DNA of 63,918 nt, the filler included, from Hyphochytrium catenoides (Eukaryota; Protista; Hyphochytriomycota): the NCBI GenBank assembly GCA_900088475.1. It is 8 parts of 8 records of this genome, joined end to end, with 100 filler letters (N's around TTAATTAATTAA, not from the genome) between each part and the next. Parts side by side here need not be neighbours in the genome. Positions count along the whole stretch, not along the records: positions 14,315 to 38,088 come from FLMG01003619.1; positions 38,189 to 48,663 come from FLMG01003605.1; 6 more parts are not named here. One strand, written 5' to 3'. The translations under genes and the position numbers were made by a program. Numbering within the stretch: position 1 is the stretch's first letter; every line of letters starts with the position of its first letter. Shown piece after piece: positions 28,087-40,835 of the stretch. The notes below the pieces were generated by a model. That model ran no database searches. It saw only the letters and a list, made by a program, of their open reading frames with translations, and was not told the origin of the DNA.

Positions 28087-31000
28087 ATGACATCTAACGA
28101 GGGTGGAGGTGCGTATAAGAACCTAGGAGGTGATGGAGATGACATTAGAGCAGGAGAAGGTGGCGGCGGAGGCGTGATGGACGTCAAATCCCGTGGAGGA
28201 AAAGATTCTAAAGCTCCCGTCATTCTGGGCCCACAGTGGTCTCGAAGCGGGAAGAGCTTTGCTTCTGGGTCTGCTGGCACTGCCGCCTCTCCCAAAGCCA
28301 GCAAGGAAAAGTTTGGCTCACTAAGCAAGGATATTAGCGCCTCTTTCTTATCAGTGGCTGGTACTGTGGACTCATCCACCGACGTAAATGGCAGACCTGT
28401 TTTGGGAAGACACGACAGCAGGGGAAGATCTCGGTTTTCAGATCTTCGTGGCAGTGCAGGGGACAGAGAAGACGGTGGAACGGGCCCAAACAACAGCGGG
28501 CGGAGTTTGGATCGTGGAGATTTCTCTCGAAGCTTCTCACGTGGGGAGTCTTCTCATGAGAGATCGGAAAGCTCAGCGATGGGAGGAGTAGGACCTGGAA
28601 GTTCCTATCGGAGCTCCGGGCAATCCGATAGCTTTGTCGAGAGCGGAGGACGGAGCTATGCAGAGAGTCGAACCTATTCTCGCCCTGAGATGCTGGATAG
28701 GGGAGACGACCGACGATACGGTAGCAGCTCCGGAGCAGATATTAAGGAGGATAGAAGACAGAGTCTGGGCGAGGGTGCCAGGCTAACGAGAAGGCCATCA
28801 GGACGAGGTAGGACTTCGGTCTGGGTCTCCTTTTTCAGAATCCAGTGCAATATATGTTCTATCTCTGAGACTCTACTCCTCATATTGTTGAAAACTCAGT
28901 GCTGCGGTATACAAGAGAAGAGCTTCTCGACCTTCATGCGCCGAACCTCCTTCCAAAGGACTTGCCCGAAGCGCCCAGCGTAATCCTTGAGGGCAGCCTG
29001 GTGCCTGTGTGCACGCTACCCTTCAACCCTGAGGAGGTAAGACAGTAAGACTGGAGCGAGGTCCACACAATAAGCCGGGAGTGAGGCTTGAATAGGATTA
29101 GATATAGCATGATAGACTGTCATACGCCTTGAAGTGTACTTCTATGTCTGTCTCGCTTTCTCTCACCAGCCTCTTTCACTCCTTGCCTCTGATAGATTTA
29201 TCGAGTTTGGAGCCAAAGTAAGGGAAGAGGACGTGGAAGAGGGAGAGGAACTGTTCCTGCTGGCCAAACCTTAGGTAGAAGAGACGAAGGAGAGTCTCCT
29301 TTCACTCGGAGGTCTAGCAGGAGCGAGTCGCGCTGGGACGGTGACAAGTTGCCCTGGGAAGAGGATGACAAGGTTGAGAGACAAATCAGAGCCTTTTCGT
29401 TCTTTCTTCTCCCATGGTCAATTTTTCCTATTCTTTTCTCGACGCGCATTATTGTGACTTTCCTCTGGTAGGCTGAGCCACGCGCCGATCTTTACTGATT
29501 CCTATGTCTCCGTTTATATATGTAGCGAGCAGCAGGTCGGTCAGAGGATAGGTGGGAACGTGGGGTTAAGCCGCCACCGTCCACCTCTGATGGTGGAGAC
29601 CTCTGGGATGATGTTGGAAGCGCAGTCAATGCTGGCAAAGAGGACTTTGTAAGTCTATCATGATCCTCGAAAGTCTTCTGAGATATCGTCTTGGGCTCTT
29701 TTCCATATTTTGCTGCTGCTTCCAAGAGCTCAAGCCACATGACTTGCATATGCTGGTGGTACGCTCTCGGGTCTAAGAAGTAATTCTCTCACTTTGCTGT
29801 TGCTCGCCATTGCGTCAGGACCTCTCGGATATGGCTGCTGCTGCGGCCAAGTTCCGCATGGAGGTGGATGGAATGTACCGGGATGAAGGAATCAACCCGC
29901 CGGTGCGAATGGTGGATAATGAGGAGACACTCGATTCACAACTGGTATGCTGCGGACGCCATGTACTTCTGCAGCTGGGATCAGACTTGTCTCTCCGTCC
30001 TTGCCGTGCTCCCTCCTCTGGTCCGCCGTCCTGGGCCGCGTTGACGAACCGGTTTTGTGATTGTGGATGTCTTTGTCTTACCTCTAACTCATCTTTCTCA
30101 TGTTCTCTCTCTTTGTGTGTGTCTCTCTCTTTCTTTTTTTCCGTCTTACGTGCAATCAGAACGAGCTGACATTCGGAGATGATATCAATCTGAGCGTGCC
30201 CTCTCCCTCGCTTCCACTTGAGAGAGAGGAACAACTGCAAACCTCGTTGACTAAAGGTAGACAGGGTATGCGCCTTCCTCCTTGCGCTTTCTTTCTCTTG
30301 CCACGATTCACAGTCCTGGTGTGCCCAACAGCGAAGCTCTGATCTCGTCTGACAGATGCTTTGCCATCTCAATACCCTCTTCCCCGAGCTCTAACTGCTT
30401 CATCTGCCGTGTTGCCGTATGCACGAGGTCTAACAGACTTCTTTCTTTATAATCCAGATGACAGCTCTTCCGCGTTCCCATCCGCTTCTAGCTCGGGAGC
30501 TCAGTCATCCGACCTAAAAGACTCGTACTCTCCGGCGCCTTTGGATACGCTCCTCTCAACTTCCGCCATGGACAATCCTCTGGTCTCACTCTTAGGGGGA
30601 GGAGCGGGGCGAGGAGAGAGCTTACAGTCCCTCTCTGCCATCTCTCTTCTGAATCAGAAACCCCAGCCTCTCCCTGCTGAGGCTTGGGAACAAACGGCTG
30701 CTAAAGCTCTTCAGTCTGCCCTTTCCTCGTCCTCTGGCTCTGAACAGTGGTACTACACTGACCCACGCTCCTTCGTGCAAGGGCCATTCAGGTAAATAAA
30801 TGGCTGCCACGATCTTACTGCCCTCAATGCTTGGCAATGGAAGTGCTTTTCTCAGAATATGGCTTTACTTAGCACCCAGTCCTTTTGTACTGTCAGTTCT
30901 GACCTTCATCTGTCTTTTGTCTTCATGCTGGGGTAGCTATCGTGAGATGCGGGAGTGGTTTGAAGCGGGCTATTTTAAGCCGGATCTCCCAGTGAGGAGG

Positions 31001-34000
31001 GGCCCGATTGGAAGGTAAAGTGCCACATCCTACGTCCCTAGCTGTAGTTTCAAGATCATACTCGGTGTCGTCCTTGTTTGAATCTGGGCCTTGTCCCGCC
31101 TGCCTCATCCTTCGAAAGTTCTTGGTCTCCCCGTGCTCTGGCTTTTGATCTGTGTTACTTTCTATCGGCTTCTGTTCTGTGAGGAACAACATCTGAGACT
31201 CCCGTCCCCGGCATCCAACCCTGTTAAGGTTCCAACCTCTACGTGCGGTGTATCCTAACTTCAAAGATGCTTTTCTGGCACCTCCACCGGCGTCCCCATC
31301 CCCCGTCGCACTGCACCAGCCCTCTCCGTTATCCTCCTTTGGATTCCCTCAGGTATAACTTAAAGGCGATACACACAGAATGAGCTAGATTGGAAGTAAG
31401 AGTGCGAATGAGAGATGTGGTGGGAGTATAGAGTGAGAGAAGTTGTGATGGAAGTTAAGTGCCCCGACCCAGCGTCACAGAGAGGCATAACCTGTCCTTA
31501 CCACTCTTCCTAGGACCTATCCGTCAAGGATTCACCGCTGATTGGCGGGACTGTAGCAATAGAAAGGGAGCAACCAGCTATTCTCTCCTCCTCTATCCTT
31601 TCCCAGACGCAGACTGATCCTAGCAAGCAAAGGGAGGAAATTCTGAAGGCTCTGGGGATCTTAGGAACAGGCACCGGAGCTGGCAGCGACCAGCAGACCT
31701 TTGAACAAGTTAGTACTCGTTATCTCCTTGCTGCTTTACGTGTCGCTGTGTATTGCCGTCCTCCGTAGTCCTGTTGAGAAGTCCGAGTATATGACTCTCT
31801 CTCTCCCCGCTACACCCCGTGTGCAGTCTTCGACCTTAGGGTCTCGTTCCGGTCTGCCTTTGGAAGGACCTTCAATCTTGAAGCAAACGCTATCTGCTCT
31901 CTCTCCGGAGAGGGTCCATCAGGCTTCTGAAGGTGCTGCAGATTCTCAACCTTCCCCTTTTTACCTTTTCATCTCTGCCTACGAAGGCTCTATGCTCGCC
32001 CTCTCATTTGTTTCTCAGTCCAACCGTCCATTTTACATTTCTTTATCCTACTAGAAATCTCGGACAGTTGTTGCTCTTTGAAAGGCCATTCCTGTCTGGT
32101 GGCATGGGTAGATCGCGTTTCGCGCGTCAGACAGCCTCTTCTATGCAGTGATTGCTCTCCTGCGGGAATCTCCATCTCACTCGGCTCGTCAATTCTTTTC
32201 GCAGAGCCATATGAATCCTCTCCGCTGCAGGACAATCCACTGAAAGCACTCATGGGAGAGGCAAGAACAGCCCGTCCTCAATCGCCCCAGCACCATGCCG
32301 CTCCCTTTCTCCAAGAGAGGAGGGAAGAGGAACAACCAGTTGAGAGGAAGGAGAAAGACTTGCCACAGAAGCAGAAGAGCCCCAAGAGAGAAAGGAGGGA
32401 GGAAGGACTGCTTCCCGTTCCTACTTCTGCGCCTCTAGTAACAGCGAAGGGCTGGGCGAAGCCAGAGCTGTAAGTTACGATCACTTCTATTTTGAGAGGA
32501 CGGCAATAGTGAAGAAAAGACAACTGTGCTGAAGACTTCAGCGAGATTGAGGAAACAGAAAAGAGAGAGACACAGAGAGAGAAAAAGAACCTTTCGCTAA
32601 ACAAAGCGCTTTTTTGCGTCTCAGACCCCGGCCGAAGTCTTTGAAGGAGATTCAGTCCGAGGAGGCAGCGGAGAAGCAGGGAGAGGGAGGAGCCGATGCA
32701 GGTCAGTGTACGTGTGGGCTTCAAGCTGTCTGTCCTTTTGGGCACTTGTTTCCACTCTTTCTAAGCTCTTTCTTTGCTTGCACCCTGTGGCGCTTCTCTA
32801 TATCGAGCTTCTAAAACATTGTCTTTTCCCTCCGGCCTTTCCTTGCCCTCCCAATATAGTCTATTCCTAGTAAGCGCATCGTTAGCTACAGTGTAACCAT
32901 CTGATCTTTCCTCTCTTCATTACCACGATGTTCACGTCGTGACTCTTCATGCTTCTAACGAACAAACTTTCTTGACTAACGTGAATCCTACCCTTGGCAC
33001 TTGTCTCCGCGCAGTAGTAGAGCCTCAGGTGCAGACGGCGCCATTAGCTCAGGCTGCTCGCCGACCCAGTGCACAAGCCGCTCCCGCATCGCCTCAGCCA
33101 GCGAAGGTAATGAACGGGCACCTCTTTCTTTGTGGTCCAACCGCTTTTGCGCCTTGGCTTATTGACGTAGTCACCTTCTAAGTGTCACGAGCTTAGAAAC
33201 AGAAGTTTCTGCAGCTGAATAGGACTACGTCAAGGCTCTTCCTGTCCTTAACCGTCTGTTATTCTCTGCTACTTGGTCTATGACTGGTCTTATTTCCCCT
33301 ACCGCTAAGCGACCTCGTTGTCACCCTCACACGCAGAATTCACCCCAGAAAGCAGGAAAGAATCAGTCTGCCCCCTCAGGGAAACAGGAGAGGCCAGCAG
33401 AGAGGAGGCCCTCGGCTTGGAGTAGCCGTACAGGGCCCACGAAGTCGCTTAAGGAGATTCAAGAAGAAGAGGCTGCCGCGGCTGCCGCCAAGGAAAAAGA
33501 GGAAAGAGAGAGGGAGAAAGAAAGGGAGAGGGAAAGAGCGGTTCAAAGCCAGAAGGAACAAAGCGACGCCAAGAGCGGCTTCAATGTTGTCAAAGAAGGT
33601 GAGCCACTGAACAAGGAAGAAAGAACCAGATAAGATACTATCTCCTCACTATTCACGTCCATCTTACTTGCAGTGAGAGCAAAGTCCCTCAGAGAGATCC
33701 AGCAGGAAGAGGAAGAGGAGGCCGAGCGACAGAGGAAGGAGGCTGCGGAGAGAAACAAAAGAGAGGCTGCCTTGGCAGCAGCTCAAGGTAGAGGTGAGAA
33801 AGCCTGAGAGCGCAAGCTTCGGAAGTGTTCCGTACAAGCCGTTGCCCACTGCTTTTAACTACTGTCCAGTCGTGTAACCTGCTTCACCGTCACTCTGTTC
33901 CGGGAAGACTATCGCTCACGCCCATGTCGCTATCTCTCTTTCTTTCTATTTAGCTCAACCAATGAGTGCCACGCCCTGGGGTCGCGGTCCTGCCACTTCT

Positions 34001-35602
34001 CCATCCCTGAGAGAGATCCAAGCTCAGGAGGCTGCATCCTCCTCTGCGCAGTCCAATAATCTCACGGACATGGCCTCGCAGTTGAAAATGATGCTTGGTG
34101 TTGGTGCCAGCGCTGCTCCCGCTCAAACTTCCGGTGAAGATTTCTCTTTCTCGCTCTGCCTCGTTGGCTGATAAGTTTCCTTTTCGCTTCCTCACCTAAG
34201 ACTCTTGATGCTCTTGTCGTTACGCAGCGTCCCTAGCGGGCTGGTATTGTCTAGAACAGCACCTTTGCTTTCTGCTGTAGAAGCACTTCCCTTATGTTTT
34301 CCCTTTTTTTCTGAGAGTGAATACTTTCTCTTGACCCTCTACAAGCTTATGCAGTCTCTCATTTAGTCGCTCATCTGTTGTCTTTTTAGCAGCATCTGCC
34401 TGGGGTGGAGGCGCCCGTCCTCAAGCTCCTGCGAAGAGTATGAGAGACATCCTGGCAGAGCAGGAAAGGAGTATCCAGGCCCAAGCTGCGGCCAGTAGCT
34501 CCACCGGCCGCTGGGCAGCGATGGCCAGGGGCTTTCCTCCTTCCCAAGGAGTTGCCAAGCCTCTAGCCCATGCCCCTCCCGCTTCTGCTGCTAAACAAGA
34601 TCCTCAGGTAAGACGACTAGGCTTCTAAGGGAAGTGATTATAGAAAGACCGGGGATTGTCGTGGAAATTGGGTGATAGAGAACCTGGCGCAAGAAAAGCT
34701 TGAAAGGGATAAGGCTAGGGATAAACGTGCCACGTTGCGAAGGACTAATCTCGTGGGGCATCCTTTGCCTACGTTATTGTTTATTAGGCTAAACAAGCGG
34801 CAGATGATGGAGACGACGAGGACGCTCTCTTCTGGGGAAGTTCCAGTGCCTCGAAGGTCAAGCAGAAGCCAACTCCAGCTCCCTTGAAGTCTCAGAGTGA
34901 GAGCAGACCGACCGGGCCGCAGAATTCCATCGGCAGGGCTCAAATACCTGGCACAAAGGGACCAGTAACAGCGAACAGGCCAGGGGGAGAGAGAGAAAAG
35001 GAAAAGCAGGGAGAGGCAGTAGCGGCGGCCTTCGGTGCTTCTGTCCCTGAGGAGCTGGAGAGCTGGTGCAAGCAGCAGTTCAAGAGGCTCACGGGCAGCG
35101 ATGACATCACTCTGATCCACTTCTGCATGTCCCTGGATGACGCCTCAGAGATTAGGGAATATCTCGCCACCTACCTGGTAACTGCGTCAGATCTCTTTTC
35201 ACTTTTCGAGTCTAGCTCTCTCCAAGTCACGTTGTCTTGGTCTACACTTGTATCCTCACCCTACATATTTAGGCTTGTTTGCTCTCTCCCACTAGCTGAG
35301 TTATGGACTCACTCAAAATCTCTTCTTATTGTTTCTACGCGCTTCACTTGCAGGGCTCAAAGCCTGAAGTCTCAGCCTTCGCCTCTGAGTTCATCAGGCG
35401 TAAGAATGATGGGAAAGGGTGGCAGGAAGTGCCTATAAAGTCATCAGCGGCAGCCGCATCAGCTGCAGGTGGAGCGAAGCAAGCAGCAAAGGGCAAAGGG
35501 GCCAAGAAGAAGAAGGGAGTGAAGGTGGATCCCTCTCTGTTGGGCTATAACGTCAGCTCAGGGGTGCGAATCAATGCCGGAGAGCTCGAGTTTCCCGAGT
35601 AA
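28087..35602 (+). CDS. GYF-domain protein, GIGYF/EXA1-like, multi-exon
   Basis: RYTREELLDL motif at ~28905. GYF domain QWYYTDPRSFVQGPF | SYREMREWFEAGYFKPDLPVRR. Repeated SL(K/R)EIQxxE motifs. C-terminal WCKQQFKRLTGSDDITLIHFCMSL...IREYL | GSKPEVSAFASEFIRRK and KKKKGVKVDPSLLGY. Confidence 0.88.
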
Positions 35603-36529
35603 GCAAAGAGAAAGAGAGAGCGTGAACGTGAGGAAAGAGAAAGACCATCACTGGCGGGACTGCCCGGGACCGCTGCCTAAATAGTTGAAACGTTACGTTC
35701 ATTCGCAAAAACTGGACATAGCAATATACATAGAAAGCAAGGCAGGATAGCGAAGGGGCCAAGCTAGAGCAAGCTGCCTCAGCATGGACGTGAGCAGTGA
35801 CTATAGATGCAGCATCACAATCTACCAGAAGAGAGCCCCCCGCGCTTTCATCCTGCGCTCCTTCTTTGTGAATGACCTACTACCTCTCTTGCCAATGTTC
35901 ACCCTCGTCCCTAGGAGGCTTTAATAGAGGACGCTGGAGCTGGTAGAGCCCTAAGCACAAATGCCCTGTCTGTCTGCAAGCGAGGCGTCCAAATGGTCGC
36001 GGAGATGGGAAATAGACGTAGAGTAGTCTGTCTAGCTATACCCTGGGCCTTGGCATCCAGCATCTCTTCTTGAACAGAGAGGCTCTGCAGCGCCCGCAGA
36101 GGAGTGCACAGGATGTCAAGCGGCATGAGATGGAGATCTTCGATTCACGGATCTGGAAGATATTCTCTGGGGTGGGGGCGTTACAAGCCAGTTTCGGTTA
36201 TCACGTAAAGAATCTTACTTTGGTATGAGTGGCTGACCTTCATAAGAGGGTCAGTACTACTCTGAAAGCTTTTTCCTTCTGGCGGTCCATCTGCGGTACG
36301 GCNNNNNNNNNNNNNNNNNNNNNNNNNNNNNNNNNNNNNNNNNNNNNNNNNNNNNNNTCTCTCTCTCTCTCTCTCTCTCTTTCCGTATCTCTCTCTCCTC
36401 TCTCTCTCTCTGTAGTCTCATTTTCACTCTTTTCTTTCTTTCCCTCTCTCTCTGTGTCTCTCTTTCTCTCTTCCGTCCCATTCTTTTATATCGCCTCTGT
36501 GTCTTTCCATCTGGCACTCTCGCGCCTCA

Positions 36530-37015
36530 GCTCCTCTTTCTGCTCTTGGTATTGGACTCGATGCACTCCAACCACCGCCGCCGCATCTGCTCTAAGACTG
36601 GACGCTGGCCACCTTCAGAAAAGTGTCTATCAGTCTCCTGAAGGCTTCTCCCGACTCGCACTCTCTCCTCATCTCTCCTCTGTAAGGCTGAAGATTTCCG
36701 GGCGCCTTGTGTGCTCTGTCCTCAACACTCTCTCTTTTCCTTCTCCTCCTCCTTCGCATTGTTCCTTTCCTTTCTCTCCCGCCATGACGCCCACCGAGGC
36801 TGAGCTCTAGCTCTACACTGTGAGTGCAATTGCAGAAGAAAAAACTGTCTGTCCTTTCCTGAGAGCTCCAACCAACCCAGCCAAGAGAGCTTCATTCGCC
36901 TGGAGCAGAGAGAGATGGACAGCAAGGTGTCCTTTGATTCCACTCTTTCCTCTTCCTGGACCCTCTCCCTCTCTCTTTCTCTCTGTGTCTCTGTGTCTGT
37001 GTCTCTCTCTCTCTC

Positions 37016-37071
<56 letters not shown>

Positions 37072-38088
37072 GTCTCTTTCTCTCTCTCCATTTCTTGCTC
37101 ACCTTTGCCGGCCCTAAGGCGCTCAACTCAATCTGATTCACTACAACTTGGACCGTAGCCGTCCTATAGTTCTTCTCTGTCTCTCTCTCACTCTCGTTCT
37201 CCAACACTCACTCTTCTCTCTCTCCCCGCCCTCCTCATCTCCCCTTAGCCTGGCACTCGATCCACAAACATGTGGGAGGAGGACGGAACGAAGATGTCGT
37301 CCCGTCAGAAGGAAAGCATCTCCTCCCAGCTGATCACGCTTGTCTCTAAACGAATAGAGGACATGAGAACCGTTGGTGAGGGCCTATCTTTCTTTCACAC
37401 CTGCCTTTACTGCCTCTCTTTCCTTTCCTATCTTCTCCCTGGCTCTCTCGATGACTCTTTCTCTGTCTGTCTGTCTGTGTCTGTCTGTCTGTCTTTCTCT
37501 CACCTCGTCTGCCCTTGTCCTACGGCGTCCTCTTATCAAGACAGTGCTGACACTCACTCATATACACTTTCTCTTCTTCCTAACGGCGGACAGCCACTCG
37601 CAGAGCTCAGGGATTGGAATGCGACCTCAACCCGTCGACAACATACACTTCCACTCAGGTGCGAGGAGAGGACGAGCGCGCTCGAGAGAGAGAGAGACAC
37701 ACAGAGAGAGAGAGACAGCGCGCGCGAGAGAGAGACAGGGACGACAAAAAGAGTGAGGAAGAAGAGAAAAGAAAAGAGATCTACAAGCAGCTCACCAGCA
37801 GTAGATCCAATGGAAGTACCAAAGAAGGTCAAGAACGCAAGAAGAAAGAGAGAGAGAGACACCGAAGCGTCAGGCGCTTCTCCTTCCCTCTGCTTGATCC
37901 CTCTCTCTCTCATAGTCTACTTTCTCGCTTCTCCCCTTTCCTTTCCACCAGATGCCACGTCTAAAGCACAGCCAGGATGAGGGTCAGAAGTCCTTGCTCA
38001 CCCTCCGGCGCTCCAAGGCTCAGCCCACCGCTCTCACAGACCCAAAGAACCAACAACGGATAGAGAGAATGTTTGGGCAGGAGGAGGG
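36530..38088 (+). CDS. Fragmentary hypothetical multi-exon gene, truncated by the spacer
   Basis: Coding-like islands (MWEEDGTKMSSRQKESISSQLITLVSKRIEDMRT followed by GTGAG; QDEGQKSLLTLRRSK...RMFGQEE) between CT-rich intron-like tracts. No family recognised. Confidence 0.35.
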
Positions 38089-38351
38089 NNNNNNNNNNNN
38101 NNNNNNNNNNNNNNNNNNNNNNNNNNNNNNNNTTAATTAATTAANNNNNNNNNNNNNNNNNNNNNNNNNNNNNNNNNNNNNNNNNNNNCGGGGCAGTGCG
38201 GGTAGCAGGAAGGTCCGTACAGCGGAAGCCTCACCAACGAGGATGAGCTCAGTGACCTGCCTCTTCACTTTTGATAGAACTGAGAACCATCCAAAGTTTG
38301 TGCATTGGCGACGCTACGTGGTCTTAACGTTGACCTGGATATGACAAGAGG

Positions 38352-40805
38352 ATGATGAGTGCTATGGAGCCAGAGATCGTGAGAAAGGTTCAAAGGGCAT
38401 CGGTCATTGTCAGGTACCAATGAGAATATGCGCTGGAGCTGAAAGTAGGAGGGTATCCTCTCGATCTGCTCTAACTACTTGGTCGCAGGGTGTCAGGTCC
38501 TGACCCTCTCGGAAGCAAACAAGAATCCCAATCCCTCTTCTATTCGATGGATGGCACAGCGGTCCTCGGGGCCTCAGGGCTGTCCCTTAATGACGAAAGA
38601 GTTTTGACTATCGCCAGCATTTTTGGTCCTTTCATCGATCAAAGGAAGGCCAGAAAGAATCGCTCCCTTGAAGGCTGCGCACTGATAGAAGGCACAAAGG
38701 TTGAGATCAAGTTTTTCTGTACATCAACCAGTGGGCAAGATTATCATAACCCCTGGGTAGAGGCGAGAGTGCTCAGGATAGTCGCCGTGGATGCTTTCCT
38801 TTTCGCAGCCGAGAGCCTGCTCGGTAAGGCCTACCACTCTCTATGAAAACAAAGCCATCTAAAAAGAGCAGGACAGGCAAGCAGCTCTACACGCAGCGGT
38901 CAGTCGGGTTCGGGCACATCGCGGTACTTGAGGCCCTAGAGCATAAAGAAAATTTTGCATTCCGACCTCCAGGGATGGCAGTGACCACTTCTTTACAAGT
39001 AAGCAAATCTGAAACTTAGAGAATCCTTTCCGCTGAGAATGTTTGACCTCACCTGACGCAGCTTGCAGAGACTCTGTATGTCTGTTCCTCGCCATTTGGG
39101 GTTCTCTCTCCGAATCTTTTGCAGTCCTCGCTCTGCCAGGGAATACTGTCAGGCTTCATCTATGGTGAGGACGGTAGCAAGGTCCGTTGTCCTTCTCAAA
39201 CATTTAGCAATATAACTCTCAATCTAAACAATGTCTGCACATGGCTGGGTCCAGGATGAACCACTTTTGATTACGACGGATGCAGCGTGCCTTAAAGGGT
39301 CAGAGGTAAAGTCGGATGCCGGTTCCAGGTACCGCCAGCTTACTCAGAGAGTTTCATGTACAGGGGGCTCCAGTCTTTAAAGGAGATGGTAGTCTAGTTG
39401 GACTCATGGCGCCAAAATTACGGGGCCAGGACGGTGTCATCATCAACTCAGGTTTACAGTTGATGTTTCCAATTAGTAGAATCTGGCCCGTCCTTGCCGA
39501 AGGAAATGCTCATGCTAGGTGGCAGGACCCATTGGATATTAGCAGGCATCAGATACCTCTTTCTCTCCCTTGTCTACAAAATCTTGCGCTAGTCAAAGTA
39601 GGAGAGGCTTGGTGCAGCGGCATCATCCTGGACTCCAGAGGCTATCTGGTCACCAGCGCGCATCTCTTCCGACCCTTTTTGTCGGCGGAGGCCACGGAAC
39701 ACCTCGAGACTGTAACAGAACCCTCACTTTTCGCCGGCCTCAGGTTGTCTTCTTTTCTCGTCCCAGTCATCTTTATATAAGGGAGCTGATCGATATATCT
39801 TACGCAGGATCATGGTGCAACCATTCGGCTTCAACAAGGAGAAAACTTTCGGCGGAAAGCTCTGCTTCTGCACTACCGGGTCCCATCCTTTTGATCTTGC
39901 TCTTGTAAGACTGGACGGGAGACCTGTTGTCCCTTCCATTTTCGAGCGCATCTCACCTTCCGCAGCTTTCAGAAGCTTGGAGGGGGAGCCAGTTATATGT
40001 GCTGGATACCCTCTCCTACCTGTCAGGGGCCAGGTGGTCCCAACTCTAACCCGTGGAGTAGTCTCAAAGGCAAAGCCCCAATTAACTTGCATTTGCGCCA
40101 TTCTACAACTCGCTCTCACCCATAGCGTGCCCTTAGATCATTTGGCGGCGAGAACCGATAATGCTCCAGACATCGGCTTGCATCCTCCGAGGACACAGCG
40201 GCGGCATGGTTCTCAGCCTACGCACGGTGGGCCAAGTCATCATGGACGTCACCTCTTTCTGTATAAGACCACTCAATCTCACCCTAATTTGGTGTTTCTT
40301 CCCTAGGGCTCACTATTGGGCATCATCACCAGCAATGCAAAAACAGCTGAAGGGACCCTTCTGCCGCGCCTTAACTTTAGCATTCCTTCTACGTTCCTGT
40401 TACTGCTTGAGCAAGAACTTACAAGGTGTCAAGGTACTGAATGCAAGAACGAATGACGGAAGCCTCAAGCTGACACGCAACACAGAAGGCTATCGCCTCT
40501 TCGATGGCGCCTTGCCCTTAAGTGATGAGGTGTCGAGGACTTTCTGGTCTATGGATGACCTTGGGGATATTTCAACGCGGGAACGTGAGATAGCTGCGAA
40601 GGTCAGATATGATTCGCAAAGTGAGATAGAAAACTTTCTAATTGACTCCTTACGTGTATACTTGTAGATGCAAAGAGTGATTGACTCAATCAAGGTGCCG
40701 GAGGCGAATGTGACAGGTTTGGCTTTCATGGAGATTCTCTGTTTTGCTTCTCCTGCATGGCCTACTGACACGATATCACCTATAGAAACAAAGAGCAAGC
40801 TCTAG
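38352..40805 (+). CDS. Peroxisomal trypsin-like processing protease, DEG15/TYSND1-like, multi-exon, PTS1 (SKL)
   Basis: ASVIVR | VSGPDP, like the DEG15 N-terminus. Catalytic motifs WCSGIILDSRGYLVTSAHLF (His), DLALV (Asp) and MLQTSACILRGHSGG (Ser). Two short final introns give ...AAK | MQRVIDSIKVPEANVTE | TKSKL* (TAG 40803-40805). Confidence 0.87.
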
Positions 40806-40835
40806 GATTCCAGCAGTGGCTGGAACTAAACTACC

